Shown: positions 28,141-43,790, counted from the first letter of the stretch. The stretch is 64,000 nt of DNA from Octopus sinensis (GCF_006345805.1 NC_043008.1:70990001-71054000); one strand, 5' to 3'. Notes: generated by a model not told the origin, from the letters alone. Numbers and translations: made by a program.

Positions 28141-28779
28141 TCTTACGTAGATCTATAACTCAGAACGTAAAGATTAGGAACAACTGATACTAAGCAGATT
28201 GCTTGACGTCCGATGGGCTTTCGATTCTGTCAGCTCAAATAGCACGAATTTTGGTGGTGAAAAATAGACACAGTTATAACAACTTGATTAATATTCTATT
28301 GAGCTTAGAAGTTTAAAAAGAAAACACAGATAGGACGCTATTTGAACTGAAAATGAAATGTGACATAATTACGTATTTCGACTCTCTACATTTTCAGATG
28401 CTTACCACCCAAACTAACCACAATAATAACTATGTATTTATATATTTGTGTAATAACGATTCCTTTAATTTAATTATACGTTTGGTAAAGTTATAATTCC
28501 GGTGGCAATTCTTTGAGTAATAAGTGCCGCAGACAAACTTGAAATAGTTTCGAATTTGAGGGCGTTTATATGATAATTCTTCAATGACTCTTTGACCACA
28601 TACATACGCACGTATATATGATTAAATGTATGTATGCGTGTATACATGTATATATATGTGTGTACATATTCATATACATATATAAGTATATATATATATA
28701 CATGTATGTATATATATATGTATCTATATACAAATAAATATATATATATATGCGCATATATATATATATATATATACGA

Positions 28780-28816
<37 letters not shown>

Positions 28817-28895
28817 CAAATTGTATATGTAATACACACACATATATATATATAGATGTATACCACACACCGCACACACACCCGCACACACACAC

Positions 28896-28963
<68 letters not shown>

Positions 28964-29466
28964 GTTGGAATCATTAATATTTGCAAATTTTGAGGACGGG
29001 AAATAATCCATTTGAGGAATTTCGAAGCAAATAATGCTATAATTAATTGCGTATAAATATTGTAAAAACCTTTTCGATAGAAAGCATCAAAGGCTGCCCG
29101 TGAAAGTTGAACCAACTTTCTTTTTCTATCTTAATGGTTTTGGTCCAAATATCCTACACACTTTTAGTTATAGCGTTATTTGGTCCGAGATTCACCGTTC
29201 CCGAAATGAATACGCTATCATTTTGGAAGTTTCCAGAGTCGGAAATGCCTCGTGAAAATATCTGTTCCGACTTGTGGCTATTTCTTACTGAGGAATCTGA
29301 GGGCCTATGGAAGATTGGCTTGATTTAATTTAATCAGGTTAGTTTACCATTAAACAGCAGATGAAACGGTGCATCGTATAAGAAATTACAGGGTAAATGT
29401 TTTTTAAATTTTCTCCTGTTTACGGAATTGACTTTTATTTGCGGTTGAAGCTTTGGCTGTTATTTC

Positions 29467-29604
29467 TAGTGGGTGAATGGCCTATTATGGCCGTTCCTTG
29501 ATTGTTGATTTTGAACTTAAAAATGGTCTATGACTATTTAATTTTTTCCCACTAGGCCGCTGGTGGCAAAAAAATTCTACAAAATTTTTTTTTGCCACCC
29601 TATA
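29467..29604 (+). mobile_element. Probable right end of an unclassified TIR DNA element
   Basis: 29552-29603 is the approximate reverse complement of 37012-37061; both regions also carry a gaatggcct..ggcc.ttc palindrome. Confidence 0.45.
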
Positions 29605-29644
29605 TTGATTAATTATATATTATATATTATATATATATAATATA

Positions 29645-29695
<51 letters not shown>

Positions 29696-29789
29696 ATATA
29701 TATATGCATATATATATATACATAAAAAGAGAGAGATAGAGAGATAGATGAATAGATAGATAAGGAGAGAAACAGAGACCCCATGGGAG

Positions 29790-30830
29790 ATAAAATGCAA
29801 GAAATGAAAGTTCATGCAGTCATTTCTGCCAGAATATAGCGATTTAGAAATTGCCACTCCTGTAAGTGTAGTAAGAAAATAACGTATACAGACTTTGGAT
29901 GGAACTGGAAACTTCTGGAATGAATGTTAAAGAGAAGAAAACTACGTTCTAACCGTACAGATACTATAAAATACTCATTCATCCAACAGGTTCAAAACAT
30001 CGATGACGATCTCGGAAAATCAATGAGGGCTGTAGCCAAAGTATTTTTGGTGTCGAGTAGAAAATAAAAATTGTAGTACACTCAGCCATGCGATACAACT
30101 TCGATATAATGAGGAGAGGTCAGTTGATTTCTGCAACGACTCTGGAAAACTGTTTGATTTGTACTTAGCGGTTATTCAGCGAGGCAAATATTTCACTAAC
30201 ATGGCCAGCATTATTTTTTCTGTGATAAGTAAAACTTCGATCAAGATCAAAATATTATTTCCAGAAATGACAACTGTCTAAATTGCTGCTCCTTCTGACG
30301 TTTCTAGACTGATGTACGCAAAATTTCCAGCAACTGTGATGCTTTTAGGAGTTGTTAGTCTCGAAGATCATATCATACCAACTCACACATTTCTGCAGTG
30401 TCTGACGATTAAGACTACTGGATAAGTTGAGGGCTGGGAAGAGGTGTTAAGCTCTGAATTGATAAAGTACACAGTGGAAGACCCGAGGTACTTCAAAAGC
30501 TCTTAGCGCCTTCTCAAAATGCCAACGTAAACCCAGAGAGGATGTCAGACAACCTTCACGATCTCATGGAACACCAAGCTCGTTGCCTCCAAAGTTGCCA
30601 GGTTTCAATCGTATGGACTCCGAGTGAAACTCTGACAAGAAATCCAGGAAATGAGGAACACTTAGTGCAAGCATGTCAACGATTCTGCTACTGAATTGAT
30701 GCAGTTATCGGACCTAAGACTCTATTTAATCTTATGAAAGACTTTATCGAGAATGTGTGCATGAACTTTTATTAAAGTACCTTTGCTTTTAGCATCATTA
30801 AAGTTGTTTTGTTAAAGTACCAACTTCGTT
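29790..30830 (+). mobile_element. Old, longer maT/Tc1-like transposase remnant
   Basis: Degenerate SMRA.AK, KNFDQDQ, KFPATVMLLGVVS and MSDN.HD motifs with many stops. Confidence 0.6.
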
Positions 30831-32080
30831 CTGAACTACCTCTCGCAACCTAAATATATGTTCTTTATTATAATTTATAGCTCATCTACACACACATTCA
30901 CAAAGGGTCTTTTGATAGACTTGTCTCAGATGAGAATTGCGATAAACTCTAAAATTTCAAAAATATCCTAAATAAATGGAAAATTCTAAAATAAGCACGA
31001 CGTGTTCTGGCAACCGCTGCAGACAACACATGGGATTGTCGGATGATGGACTTGACCTCATCTTTCTCTGCACATCCTAAGGTAAGTTAGCCCTATTTTG
31101 CTGTTACAAACCGTGAACGGAGTATCTTTGAGCGTCTGTTAATTACTACGTAATTTGTACAGTACATTTTGTTGAAAAATATCGAGAATGTCATTAGGTA
31201 CCGGCGGTGTAAATGTGGAGAGCATAAAAAGAAATTGATATTGGAACAACAGCAATATATAACCTTTAAAATAAAGAGAATGTTGAAATTCTGCACTGAA
31301 AATGAGGAAATGAAATATAAGAATTATTGCTCATTTAGATATGATGTCAGAAATTGTGTGACAAGGGGTACGTTGATACCATTGACTTCAGAACTTAACT
31401 GGTATTTTGATTTATCAGCTCTGGAAAAATGACATCTAAAGATGACATCTGCGTAACTTGTACACAGAATATATATGCCAGAAGCAAATATGATGTAACG
31501 ATTATGTAACAATATGCTATGTAAAATGAAAAAAAAAACAAGAGGAAAAAGAAATAATAGTTGACTTAAGCACACAAAGTTAGCAAATTTAATGTCAGAC
31601 GATAAACGCTAGCAGCGCTTCTTGACTTGTAATTTAACTCATCGACTCCAAAAGATGACACCTAACATTGCTATCGGTGGGATTTGAACATAGAGCTTCA
31701 AGAGCCAGAAGAAATACTGCGTTTTATAATAGTTTACATCTGTTCTAACGATTCTGCTATTACTTTGCACAAAACGAACAATATCGAATGAGAAAAATTA
31801 TTGTACGGAGCAAGGTGGTAAATCTTGATAGTGTGATAGTGGGGTTGATTGATAAACTAATAGATGGCCTAGAACAACACGTATAGCTCATAGAGCAAGA
31901 ATCATGTCAGTGAATAGAATCGAAGAGAGACTGCTACAGCAAGCACACCTGTCAAGGTGGCAGACAACACCTGAGGAATCATTGAATGTATGTATGTATG
32001 TATGTATGATGTATGTAAGTATGTATGTATGTATGTTTTTGTGTATGCATTATGTGTGTGTATGTATATAGATACGAAGG

Positions 32081-32187
<107 letters not shown>

Positions 32188-32332
32188 TATATCTGTTTTA
32201 TAGGCATAATGGTATATATGCAATATTCCAATATCCTTTGAGTAAAATCCAAAAGTTCAACAGAGTTTAATATGAGTTCATCCAAATATAGAGTTTATAA
32301 GCAACGTAAGATTCTCTTAAATGGGGGGGGGG

Positions 32333-32668
32333 GCGTTAAGAGTTAGAGGAAATACCAATGTGTAGTTGTAGCTTCTAATTGTGAGGCAAACATATGAAGA
32401 ATTAAGGAAATAGCTGTGTTAAGTATTCTGAGGAAATATATAAGCTACTACGACACATTGGTATCTCCTCAATATCATTACGCAAAAAATTCTAATATAT
32501 ATAATTGTAATTTACAGAGAAACAAGGGGCAAACGTGTATATATATATATATATGTATGTATGTGTTTGTATAGGTGAATAATTCCGAGGGAGATTGCAT
32601 GTGGTGGTAAATATAAAATAAGATCTGAATTTCATTATGTATATATATATACATATATATGCATATAT

Positions 32669-32727
<59 letters not shown>

Positions 32728-32759
32728 CCACACACACACAAAAAACGAACACACATACA

Positions 32760-32830
<71 letters not shown>

Positions 32831-33155
32831 ACATACATAAGCATAAACACACTCACACACATAGACACGGACACACACCATAGAACACATACGTGTATAA
32901 AATAGGTAGTTAGAAAGACTGAGAAATAATTCTTGATAAAAATGATGTGTCGGAATATTCTTCACATTAACAGAGAATACTCCATTGAGACATAGGCTGC
33001 TAATGCTATCTTCAAGTGATATTAATTTTATCTTTTGTTTCTCCGTTTAGAAATATTAATTCTTGAATTTATGAACGGGCCATAGAGTGGTATTCAGTTA
33101 AATAAATCTTCCCGATTGTGTCCATCAGAATGAACTGTACTCAGACAAATAAAAG
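32333..33155 (+). repeat. Copy 1 of a local duplication (partner 39301-40086)
   Basis: Several shared blocks, including 32954-33107 versus 39886-40039 with one mismatch. Confidence 0.93.
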
Positions 33156-33848
33156 GCTAAGCTGTCAAGGTGGGAGACAACACCTGAGGAATCATTGAAT
33201 TTTATTTCTATATTATAAACTATGTGAATATAAAATACTAATGTCATTACCTGCCATGTATATTCACACACACACGGAGATACATGTACATATGTAGGAA
33301 TATATAATATATATATATGTGCATAGGTATGTGTATACACAAACACATATCTATACAAAATTTATTTTTACTTTCATTAGTTATTGGATAGATAACAGCC
33401 TAAGTACCGATCTGCCTAAGAACTGATCTGAATTCAGGGACTTATTCTGCTGGAGATCTTTGTGCGAACTACAAGTTTATGGGGGCGTAAACAAATCAAC
33501 AATTTGCCAAGTGATGTTGGTGTGGAGAAACCAAAGATACATCCATGCACACATACGCGCGCATTCAGGCACGCACACGCACACACGCACACAAACACAT
33601 ATACACACAGACACACACGTATACACATATTTAATCATAAATACGTAAACACGACAACTCACTGCACAGTTTCAGTCTAACGAATTCGTTAAGCACGGAT
33701 CTATAGAAGAAGAGACTAGAGAGGCTGAAGACACTTCTTGAGACGTTAGTGAGACTGAACCCGAAACCACAGTGTTACAAAGCCAGTCTCTTAACAAAAC
33801 ACATCCAGACGACAGCATATAACAATTGTATTATGAATCATCATCGGA

Positions 33849-34247
33849 TAAGCGCAGGAGTGGCTGTGTAGTAAGTCGCTTGCTTACCAACCACATGGTT
33901 CTGGGTTTAGTCCCACTGCGTGGCACCTTGGGCAAGTACCTTCTACTATAGCCTCGGGCTCGCGAAAGCCTTGTGAGTGGATTTGGTAGACGGAAACTGA
34001 AAGAAGCCCATCGTATATATGTATATGTATGTGTGTGTGTCTGTGTTTGTCCCCCCCAACATCGCTTGACAAACGATGTTGGCGTGTTTACGTCCCCGTA
34101 ACTTAGCGGTTCGGCAAAAGAGTCCGATAGAATAAGAACTAGGCTTACAAAGAATAAGTCCTGGTGTCGATTTGCTCGACTAAAGGCGGTGCTCCAGCAC
34201 GGCCACAGTCAAATGACTGAAACAAGTAAAGGAGTAAAGGAGTAAAG
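33849..34247 (+). mobile_element. SINE family A, full length
   Basis: tRNA-like head gagtggctgtg..gtaag..gcttgcttaccaaccacatggttc, internal TA/TG tract, conserved body, (gagtaaa)n-type tail. Confidence 0.95.
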
Positions 34248-34759
34248 GGACAAAATGTTTATCTCTGAGTTTCTTTTCGGGACTTTTTCATTCCCGGACG
34301 GTCTCATTTTCAAGACGCTAATACAATTTCATTCTGTCGAATAAAATGAAAAAAAAAACAAAGGAAAAAGAAAAGGTGGTCTGTAATATAAACCGCTCTC
34401 AATTCCAAGCATTTCGGATATTTTATTATCTAGAGGATGTCACGTGATATGAAACTAATGGCAATTGCAAGGCATTGCAGTTAGCAATAAGTCTCAGGAA
34501 ATATCTGCGTATATATGTGTGACTGAGTTACGAAGTTTGATACTGTGTTTGTCTGTGTGATTGTGTGTACGTATGAGTGTATATGAGTATGTGTTCCTTG
34601 ATGTACATTTATGGAAGATATAAACTATAATAGGCCATTTTCGGAATAATTTAAGTTTTAGTAATGCTCATAAAGCTGTTAATATATGACCATATGTATA
34701 TATTGTACAAACACTGGCACAGAATACAAGGACACAGAAATACATAAAGAACACTGATA

Positions 34760-34805
<46 letters not shown>

Positions 34806-34806
34806 A

Positions 34807-34846
<40 letters not shown>

Positions 34847-34982
34847 TAGTTTAAAGAAATAATTATCATTCACATATGATTGTTGAAAACATTTTAAAAA
34901 TATTAAATATATATATACAAGGTAATATTGTGCCACTATTTCCTATTTATACATATATATGTATGTATGTTTGTATTATATG

Positions 34983-35062
<80 letters not shown>

Positions 35063-35189
35063 AAGTACATACATACATGAATACATATATACCTGCATAT
35101 ATGTATGTATATAACATTATCTGCATGATCTCAGGGCTAATAAGGGCAAACAATCTCTTCTGATGCTACTCAATGCGTGTCATAGTGTT

Positions 35190-35480
35190 AAGTTTTGAAA
35201 GGGCTCCATTGCCATTCAGTGGTATATGTTCAGAATCGGGAACTAATGAGGATGATCCACAATTCTTCTTCCTGTATGTATGTATGTATGTATGTATGTA
35301 TGTATGTATGTATGTATGTATGTATGTATGTATGTATGTATGTATGTTTTAGTTGCCAATTCTGTACAAGACATTATAGATCTTTAGCTGGGCTAAAAAG
35401 TCACATTCGATCACAGCACCAGTAACAGTTAAGCTTCGTTCAATGGCCATACTCGATAACGAGAGGGCAGCCATAATGTA
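35190..35480 (+). mobile_element. RTE LINE 3' end with C2H2-like finger, interrupted by (TATG)n
   Basis: CQFCTRHYRSLAGLKSHIRSQH* followed by a short UTR and a (TGTA)n tail. Confidence 0.7.
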
Positions 35481-36077
35481 TGTATGTAAGTATGTACGTA
35501 TATTTGTGTGTATGCATATATATGTGTGTGTGCATGTATATTGATACGGAGGTATCTATATCTATCTATCTGTTTATATATATGTATATACATAAAGAGA
35601 GGCAGAGAGATATATACAAGCCCCTATACGCAGCCGCAATCACACCTTCACACACATTTGCAATTTCACACGCATACATATACATGGATATTTATGTGCG
35701 CGTGAGTGTGTGTGTACGGACAATCAAAGATCCATAAAATACCTGTCGCACTGAAATACCTTTCGTCGCCGGATTGACTAAAATGTCTGGTCGCGTTAGC
35801 CTAAATGGTGGTAGGAAATGGTTTTATGCTTATGCATGAAATATAATATCTTCCCATGCATACATATATACGTATACATAAATGTATATGTGTATGTGTA
35901 CACACAGATTCACACACACACACACGCACACACACGCACACACACATACATACACACAGAAATATATATTTATGTGAATTTGTTATCGATATTAATGTGA
36001 AAATTATATTTTTATCGCCTAAACGACACCCTCATTTCTGCAGTTATATGAATATGCAAACACACAAATATCAATGC

Positions 36078-36121
<44 letters not shown>

Positions 36122-36230
36122 ATACATACATATATGTATATATATTATGTATATATATATATATGAATATATACATATATATACATGCACACATACATAG
36201 ATACATATATTCACACACATATATATATGC

Positions 36231-36269
<39 letters not shown>

Positions 36270-36287
36270 GATATATATCTGTGTGTG

Positions 36288-36331
<44 letters not shown>

Positions 36332-36746
36332 ACACAGATAGATAGATATACATGCATTCATGAATACAAGCAGTTTCTTATATACGTATGGGTGTATGTC
36401 TGAGGTAATTGTCTTCTCGGATGACTACTCCCCGCCATATCTGCACCTGGTGCAGAATAGCATTTACTGTACTCAAGTCGTTGAGAAATAATTGCCGCTT
36501 GTGTGGCAGCCTTCTCATGTAGACTATGAGAAGAATATGGATCTCACAGAAATGAAAAGCACCGAAGAAATAAATGCACACAGACAGACAGATACAGACA
36601 CACGCACCCACTCACACACGCTCACACACAAACACATATATTACACACGCGCATACATACAGTTGTATTTCTGTGTATATATGTATATATAGGGTATTCA
36701 TGAAGAAAAGTCGTGTCAGCCGTTGATATACATACATATATATATA

Positions 36747-36794
<48 letters not shown>

Positions 36795-36928
36795 TATGTA
36801 TATATATATATGTACACACACGCACACAAACACACACCTACACACACATGTCTGTCTGTATGGTTTGTCTCTGTTGTTCTCTCTCTGTCTGTCTCTCTCT
36901 CTCTCTATATATATATATATAACTATAA

Positions 36929-36985
<57 letters not shown>

Positions 36986-37011
36986 GAGAGAGAGAGAGTA
37001 ATAAATATAAG

Positions 37012-37140
37012 GGTAGCAAAAAATTCTAGAAAAAATTCTCCGCTACCAGCGGTCTGGTGGCAGAGAATAGATAGTTAAAGACTATAATAATATACATTCA
37101 ACATTTTCTAGTGAGTCGAATGGCCTATCAGGCCATTCCT
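37012..37140 (+). mobile_element. Probable left end of the same TIR element family as 29467-29604
   Basis: gggtagcaaaaaatt...gctaccagcggtctggtgg followed by gaatggcctatcaggccattc. Confidence 0.42.
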
Positions 37141-37682
37141 ATATTGTTGAATTATATATATATATAATATATATATATATATATACACGTATATATGCTA
37201 AATACCATATATATATATATATGTATATATATATAATATATATTACACTTACATATATATATACTTAATATATATATATTGATATATTGATATATACACA
37301 TATATATGTATGTATACAAATATATAAACACTAATTACATATGTATAAAATCATATAGGCATTTACAAATATATACACATATGTGTGTGTGTGTGTTTGT
37401 GTTAGAGTATATGGACGTTTAGAGTACATATTGTGTATATAGGTGTTTGTTTCATACCGTTAAATGTGTAAGTATATATACGGTCAAAGACCCATCGACT
37501 GGGAAATTACTACATATATAGATATGTTCCTAGAAAGATTCATGCTTAAATACATGCATGAATGCATCTCTAGGCATATACATGTGAGATGTATATGCAA
37601 ATGTGCTATATAGCAAGTCACACAAGTTGTGGCCCGATGTTTTAAAAAGTATATTTAAAAATATACTAAACTCACACATGTA

Positions 37683-37869
37683 CGAACATACATACATACA
37701 TACATACATACATACTTACATACATACATACATACCTACATACATACATACATACATACATACATACATACATACTTACATACATACATACATACATACA
37801 TATACATACTTACATACATACATACATACATACATACCTACATACATACATACATACATACATACATAC

Positions 37870-37900
<31 letters not shown>

Positions 37901-38081
37901 CATACATACATACATACATACACATACATACATACATACATATTACATACATACATACATACATACTACATACATACATACTACATGCATACTTACATAC
38001 TACTACATACATACATACATACATACATACATACATACTTACATACATACATACTACATACATACATACATACATACATAC

Positions 38082-38112
<31 letters not shown>

Positions 38113-38194
38113 CATACATACATACATACATACTTACATACATACATACATACTTACATACATACATACATACATACATACATTACATACATAC

Positions 38195-38225
<31 letters not shown>

Positions 38226-38238
38226 CATACATACATAC

Positions 38239-38269
<31 letters not shown>

Positions 38270-38572
38270 CATACATACATACTTACATACATACATACAT
38301 ACCTACATACATACATACTTACATACATACATACATACATACATACCTACATACATACATACATACATACATACATACTTACATACATACATACATACAT
38401 ACCTACATACATACCTACATACATACATACATACATACATACATACATACATACATACATACATACATACTTACATACATACATACCTACATACATACAT
38501 GCATACCTACATACATACATACATACATACATACATACCTACATACATACATACATACATACATACATACAT
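37683..38572. repeat. (TACA)n array, about 890 bp
   Basis: Direct reading; source of the spurious 323-aa ORF. Confidence 0.98.
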
Positions 38573-39268
38573 AATACTTGCATACATGCATGCATACATT
38601 CATATACGCTCACACACACATACTACACAGACAACTGCATAAAGACTTACAGAAACATATGAAACTATCACTTGTGATTATAAATTTGCTAATACCTAGT
38701 ATCAAGATTGATATGTTATTGGGACATTTACCTAAATTCACACACACACATTACGCACATATATATATATATAATACATATATATATAAATATATATATA
38801 TATATATCTATATATATATATATATATATAATATATATGAGTTGAATTTCGTGAGTTGAATTGAGCAAACAATATATGAGAGAGGTTTCTTTAAGTATTG
38901 GAAATAGTTTTTAAAAAAAAATTTTAGCTGCTATTCTAATGAGTTCAGTATGCGGCAAAGTAATTTATTTTACTAAGCCCTTTTATATAATTTAATAATT
39001 TGAATTCGCCTTAAATGGTCCCTTTGCATACTGAATACTTGGTGAAATTGATTAATTAATTAATTTTACCCTCAATTGTTGAAATTATATATATATATGT
39101 ATATATATGTATACACATATATATACATATATATAAACATATATATATACATACACACAGACACATACACATATATTTATACATGTGTATGTATATACGC
39201 ACATATACACATGTGTACATATACGCTCACACACGCATACACAAATATATAAGGAAACCGATATATAA

Positions 39269-39300
<32 letters not shown>

Positions 39301-39306
<6 letters not shown>

Positions 39307-39531
39307 AGTAGTCTGAGAAGATATATAAGATAGTACTACAGATTGATATTTCCTCTATCTCATTACTGAGAATGGGGGTGGGGTAAGATGTAGAGGTAAT
39401 ACCAATGTATAGTAGTAGTGTGTATATATGTATATTTTATATATATATATATATATAATTGTAATCTACAGAAAAACAAAAGAGACGCACGTGTGTGTAT
39501 ATATATATATATATAACATATATATGTATAT

Positions 39532-39566
<35 letters not shown>

Positions 39567-40086
39567 ATAGGTGAATAATTCCGAGGGAGATTGCATGTGG
39601 TAGTAAATATAAAATAAGATCTGAATTTTATCATATATATATACACATATATATACATATATATACATATATACATACATACACACACACACACATATAT
39701 ATATATACATATACATATATATATATATACATACATACACATATATATATATATATATACGTACATACATAAGCATAAATACACTCACACACATAGACAC
39801 GGCCACACACCCATGAAAACCCATACATGTATAAAGTAGGTAGTTAGAAAGACAGAAATAATTTTTGATAAAAATGATTTGACGAAATATTCTTCACATT
39901 AACAGAGAATACTCCATTGAGACATAGGTTGCTAATGCTATCTTCAAGTGATATTAATTTTATCTTTTGTTTCTCCGTTTAGAAATATTAATTCTTGAAT
40001 TTATGAACGGGCCATAGAGTGGTATTCAGTTAAATAAATGTTCCCGATTGAGTGCATCAGAATGAAATGTACACTGACAAATAAAA
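39301..40086 (+). repeat. Copy 2 of the local duplication
   Basis: See 32333-33155. Confidence 0.93.
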
Positions 40087-40452
40087 TCTGATCTATGCCC
40101 AATACACTAACAGACATAAACACACACACATATAAACACACACCTATATAGAGGATATATATATATATAGTTATATATGTCTATCTATCTATCTATCTGT
40201 ATCTCTTTGTTGTTATACATGTATGCATATATATATTAATATCAATATAACTTATATAGTAAGATGGATATATGTGTATAAATGTATATATGTATATGCA
40301 TATATCTATCTAGATTTGTGTATATCTATGTATCTCTATCTATTTGTTGTTTTACATGTATGCATATATATATTAATATCCATATAATTTTTATATACTT
40401 AGATGTATGTATATGTTTATATGCATGTATATATTTATATATATGTATATGT

Positions 40453-40562
<110 letters not shown>

Positions 40563-41053
40563 TTATATGTATGTATGTATGCATGTATGTATGCACACAT
40601 ACACAACCATATTTAAAAGATTCATAATTCTGTATGTTTCATAAACAAGCATGTGTTCTTGTGCGGGTTTACAAATTTATAAATGTTATAGATATTACTG
40701 TGACGTTTCGTTACGTCTGGAAAGTGTAAGAACCATTTGGGATTATATATTTCGGACTATATAACAATCAGAGTATTAGAAAACACGACGCTAAAACAAA
40801 AGAGATAAAAGGAAGTATTCATTATTCCCCATACTTATATAATATACATTGGGTATTACTGAGTGGCTAACACCTCTCTCTTGCAGTGAATGTTTCAAGT
40901 TAGAAATGTCATGTTGTGTGACACATTTGAGGTAGCTGCAGGTATTTAACATTTAACGTTCTATAAAATATTGTTCTATGACATAATATAGAGACGAATA
41001 ATATAGGGAAGAATATGCGTACACACCAATACTACAACCTTTGAATTTATATG

Positions 41054-41141
41054 TTGTATGTATGTATGTATGTATGTATGTATGTATGTATGCTTATATG
41101 TATGTATGTATGTATGTATGTATTATGTATGTATGTATGCT

Positions 41142-41173
<32 letters not shown>

Positions 41174-41297
41174 CGGATGTATGTATGTATGTATGGATGG
41201 ATGTATGTATGTATGTATGTATGGATGGATGCATGTATGTATGTATGGATGGATGTATGTATGTATGTATGGATGGATGGATGGATAGATGGATGGA
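41054..41297. repeat. (TATG)n grading into (TGGA)n
   Basis: Direct reading. Confidence 0.96.
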
Positions 41298-41350
41298 TGA
41301 ATGTGTGTATCTCTCTATCTGTACAAAAATTAATAGATATATGTAAATAC

Positions 41351-41489
41351 ATAGGCGCAAGTGTGGCTGTGCGGTTCCGGGTTCAGCCCTACTGCGTGGC
41401 ATCTTGGTGATGTGTCTTCACCTCTAGCCTCGGCGTGACCAATGCCTTGCGAGTGGATCTGGTAAAAGGAAACTAAAAGAAGCCCTTCG

Positions 41490-41528
<39 letters not shown>

Positions 41529-41752
41529 TTATGTGTGTGTATGTGTGTGTACGTTTGTGTATCTGTGTTTGTTCCCTCACCATCGCTTGAAAACCGATGT
41601 CGGTGTGTTTACTTCCTCGTAACTTAGCGGTTCGGAACAAGAGACCGATAGAATAATTACTAGGCGTACAAAGAATAAGTCCAAGGGTCGATTTGTTCGA
41701 CTAAATACGGTGCTCGAGAATGGCCGATCTCAAATGACTGTAACAAATAAAA
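41351..41752 (+). mobile_element. SINE family A copy
   Basis: Colinear with 33849-34247, with a small head deletion. Confidence 0.93.
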
Positions 41753-42014
41753 TAATATACATATATAGACAGATAAATAAGGAGAGAGAGAGTTATTTAG
41801 AAATACATGTATATCTAAATATGGAGAGACAATAGGTGTCTTTGTGTATAAAATACACCCCACCACACATATTTATATATATACATATATATATAATTGC
41901 ATGCGGGCATACATGTCTAAACCGGACAACATATCTATATCTATATACTTTATATACATATATGTGTGTGTGTTTGTGCGTATATATGTATATATGTGTA
42001 TTTATATTAATACA

Positions 42015-42058
<44 letters not shown>

Positions 42059-42672
42059 AACATATATATACATATATATATATATGCATATATGTATACA
42101 TATATATGCATGTATATATGTGTGTGTGTATGTGTGTGTTTGCGCGTATGTATGCATGTATGTTTGTGTGTGTGCACTGAGCATGTATGCAAGTAATTAT
42201 GCATTGGAATAGCAGATTATCGTTGAATCCAATGCATGAACCGTTTTTCAGCTTCTCAAATCAAGTTTTAACTTCTCAAACTATGTTTTAACTCAATGCA
42301 GTCCTGAAAACAAACATGTGTGTGTATGCGTATGTGTGCTTGTGTTTGTTTGTGTGCGTAGAAGTGTGTTGTGTTTTTGGTTTATATAGAAGGTGAGTTT
42401 GAAGTTGTTAAGATACATGCGTGCATGTGCATGTACCCATGCACATTTATAAAGAGCATTTATAAAGAGCATTTATAAAGAGTAAGCATTTATAAAGAGT
42501 ACTGTGTTGAAGTATATAATACATACAACACATGTATATATATATACGTGTGTATATATATACACACATACACACATGTATATATATAATCAGAGAAAAA
42601 TTCTCAATGAAACGCATCTGTGAAATTACATGTACGTGATCGTATATATGCTAATATGTATATGTATATGCT

Positions 42673-42711
<39 letters not shown>

Positions 42712-42712
42712 A

Positions 42713-42762
<50 letters not shown>

Positions 42763-42768
42763 ATATAT

Positions 42769-42817
<49 letters not shown>

Positions 42818-43115
42818 AGATAGATAGATAGATATAGATATAGATATAGATATGGATATGTACATAAATATAAGAGGGATTCTTTTATGCAGTACACACA
42901 CACACACAGACACACATATATATAGATATATATATATGGATATATATACATTATATATGCATGCGTCCATCCATACATACATAGATACATAGACACACAC
43001 ACACAAACACGCATATATGTATATGTACCTGAATATATAATATATATTTCTATGAGTGTGTGTGTCTGGATGGATTTGCATGTATACGTATGTGTTTGTA
43101 ATAGTGTGTGTAATT

Positions 43116-43292
43116 GTAAAGGTGGCGAGCTGTCAGAATCGTTTGCACGCTGGGCAAAACGGTTAGTGGCATCTCCTTCGTTCAAATTCCGCCGAGGTCC
43201 AATTAAGTACTATTTGTGTAAAGAATTCTACGTAATCGATATGCTCCACCCATACCACGAAAATGGTGGTCATGTGTCAAAATTTGAGCCCA
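43116..43292 (+). mobile_element. SINE family B copy with internal deletions
   Basis: aaggtggcgagctg.cagaatcgtt.gcacgc.gggc.aaa and gttcaaattccgccgaggtc. Confidence 0.85.
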
Positions 43293-43373
43293 ATATTCTA
43301 AATTGATATGTATATACATATATATACGCATAGTATTATGGACGCTCAGGAAAGAAGGAGGGCTAAACGTTTC

Positions 43374-43533
43374 GAGTGGCTGTGTGGTAAGTGGCTTGCT
43401 AACCAACCACATGGTTCCGGGTTCAGTTCCACTGCGTGGCATCTTGGGCAAGTGTCTTCTGCTATAGCCCCGGGCCGACCAATGCCTTGTGAGTGGATTT
43501 GGTAGACGGAAACTGAAACAAGCCTGTCGTATG

Positions 43534-43564
<31 letters not shown>

Positions 43565-43787
43565 ATGTGTTTCTGTGTCTGTGTTTGTCCCCCTAACATT
43601 GCTTGACAACCGATGCTGGCTGGTATATTTACGTCCCCGTAACTTAGCGGTTCGGCAAAAAAGATCGATAGAATAAGTACTGGGCTTACAAAGATTAAGT
43701 CCCGGGGTCGATTTGCTCGACTAAAGGCGGTGCTCCAGCATGGCCGCAGTCAAATGACTGAAACAAGTAAAAGAGTAAAGAGTAAGA

Positions 43788-43790
<3 letters not shown>
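43374..43790 (+). mobile_element. SINE family A, near full length, 5' end fused to a Penelope-like fragment (43330-43376)
   Basis: Very close to 33849-34247; the first bases are replaced by an inverted copy of 44366-44413. Confidence 0.95.

Noticed and set aside
37603-38574. Longest ORF (323 aa) and the many YI-, HT-, CV-, poly-L, poly-I and poly-T ORFs such as 25484-26113
   Set aside because: They are translations of microsatellites that happen to lack stop codons.
42445-42500. Four copies of catttataaagag and other short direct repeats as a CRISPR-like array
   Set aside because: No unique spacers and a eukaryotic context; ordinary slippage minisatellite.
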